From Bugula neritina (lineage: Eukaryota; Animalia; Bryozoa), in contig OZ037768.1 of NCBI GenBank assembly GCA_964035545.1, positions 9,332,741-9,396,740 on the forward strand: a stretch of 64,000 nt of DNA. Direction: 5' to 3'. Position numbers and translations under genes: made by a program. The notes below the pieces were generated by a model. It was not told the origin of the DNA. It saw only the letters and a program-made list of their open reading frames with translations, and made no database searches. Every line of letters starts with the position of its first letter. Positions within the stretch are counted from its first letter, which is position 1. Of the stretch, positions 58,201 to 64,000 are shown one piece after another.

Positions 58201-59273
58201 GGCTGAAAATTTGGTGTTCAAATTTCAGCAAGCTTATTAAATAGAACACATCTTCAAAAATTGGCACAAATAGTTCTAACTTGCTTCTTTTGCAAATTTG
58301 CCATCTTGAAATAGGAGCTGATTTTTACCCAGTTGTTTTACAAGGATCAGGCTACAGTCTGAAGCGTTTCATTAATTTCATTGCATTCATTAGACATTAG
58401 TGATTAGAGTGTTACCGATGCTGGTTCAGCTTTATTGATAGAGTCATGCTTTCAATTTTTTACTCACTGAGTGTTCATCAAACTTGCTGTGCGCTGTGTT
58501 GTATTCTGATCTTACATGTTTTTTCAACACTATTACTTGATTGCATATCATGCAAACTACAATACGACAAGTATTAGAAGACCAGCTAGCAAAACGCACG
58601 ACAAGTGCTATGCTTCAGAGACAAGGGGTGCCCAGCCTTTTCAGACTGAGGGCCACTAAAATGTGCCTTCACAATATAATTTTGATTTAGTGTGTATAAA
58701 TTGATCAATGCTGAATCCATAGATCACGAAATATTCCTTGGGACAGCATTTGGTTGGTGGATTTACAAGAGTAAGCAACTTAGCATGAGTGCAGAAAACG
58801 AATAAGTTGTTGCCAGAACTTCACATACAATTCTAGGAGCCTCTGAAAGTTAAACAAAATGTGCTGAAAAGGAAAAAATGATGCCATCTCAGCTTTGCTA
58901 GAAACTATTGAAGATGTGAGCAGAACCTCCAGCTGTTTGTAAGAGAATACACTTTATTATAAGTATATAACTAGAATGAGTCAACATAATAAAATCTCGA
59001 TGAGCAAGTGACATAATTTGTATGTGTTGGCAACTTAACCAAAGTTAGACCAAAAAAATGAGATTACCAGTATACCTTATACAATGATAAAAATAGTAGT
59101 AGTTAAGAATTTGTACTATTAGAAACATTGCACTAAAAGGCTGACTAGAGAACGGAGTGAAATGTACATATTTTCTAAGCAACTAAGTAGCGCTCTACAC
59201 CTAAATACTGTAATTGAATATTGATATATAAATCCTGGCCGGAATTGTTTTTTTGCCGAGTAAGTAAGCAAGT

Positions 59274-63868
<4,595 letters not shown>

Positions 63869-64000
63869 CTGTAAAGAGATCAAAACATTTTATCAAGTTT
63901 ATTACAACTAGCTAAACATGGACAATGTTGAGGCACAGCCACTTCTAATGACATACCCTTTTTATCAGTAATATGAGCTGGTTTAGTTTCAGGATCTCTG

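Overview
AT-rich, intron-dense animal (invertebrate) genomic DNA, not prokaryotic. Nine protein-coding genes could be reconstructed by hand from splice sites: SGK3-like PX kinase (+), LEXM/CIMAP2 (+), an unannotated 219-aa gene with an N-myristoylation motif and a ubiquitin-like C-terminus (-), RPL10 (-), SNX29 (+), Josephin JOSD1/2 (-), GTPBP1 (+), LUC7L3 (-) and a 5'-truncated PIWI-clade Argonaute (-). The window also holds a near full-length but decayed RTE-clade LINE with a 16-bp target-site duplication (TSD), and at least five MITEs (PIF/Harbinger-, piggyBac- and hAT-like). Highlights: (1) a dense array of AG|GT donors, micro-exons and zero-length exons in the LUC7L3 3' region, a candidate autoregulatory splicing/NMD sensor for a U1 snRNP factor; (2) two 206-nt SNORD17-like C/D snoRNAs in RPL10 introns; (3) the orphan myristoylated ubiquitin-like-domain gene with a GC-AG intron; (4) head-to-head Josephin-GTPBP1 arrangement as in human. 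Family assignments rest on recalled homologue sequences, not database searches.
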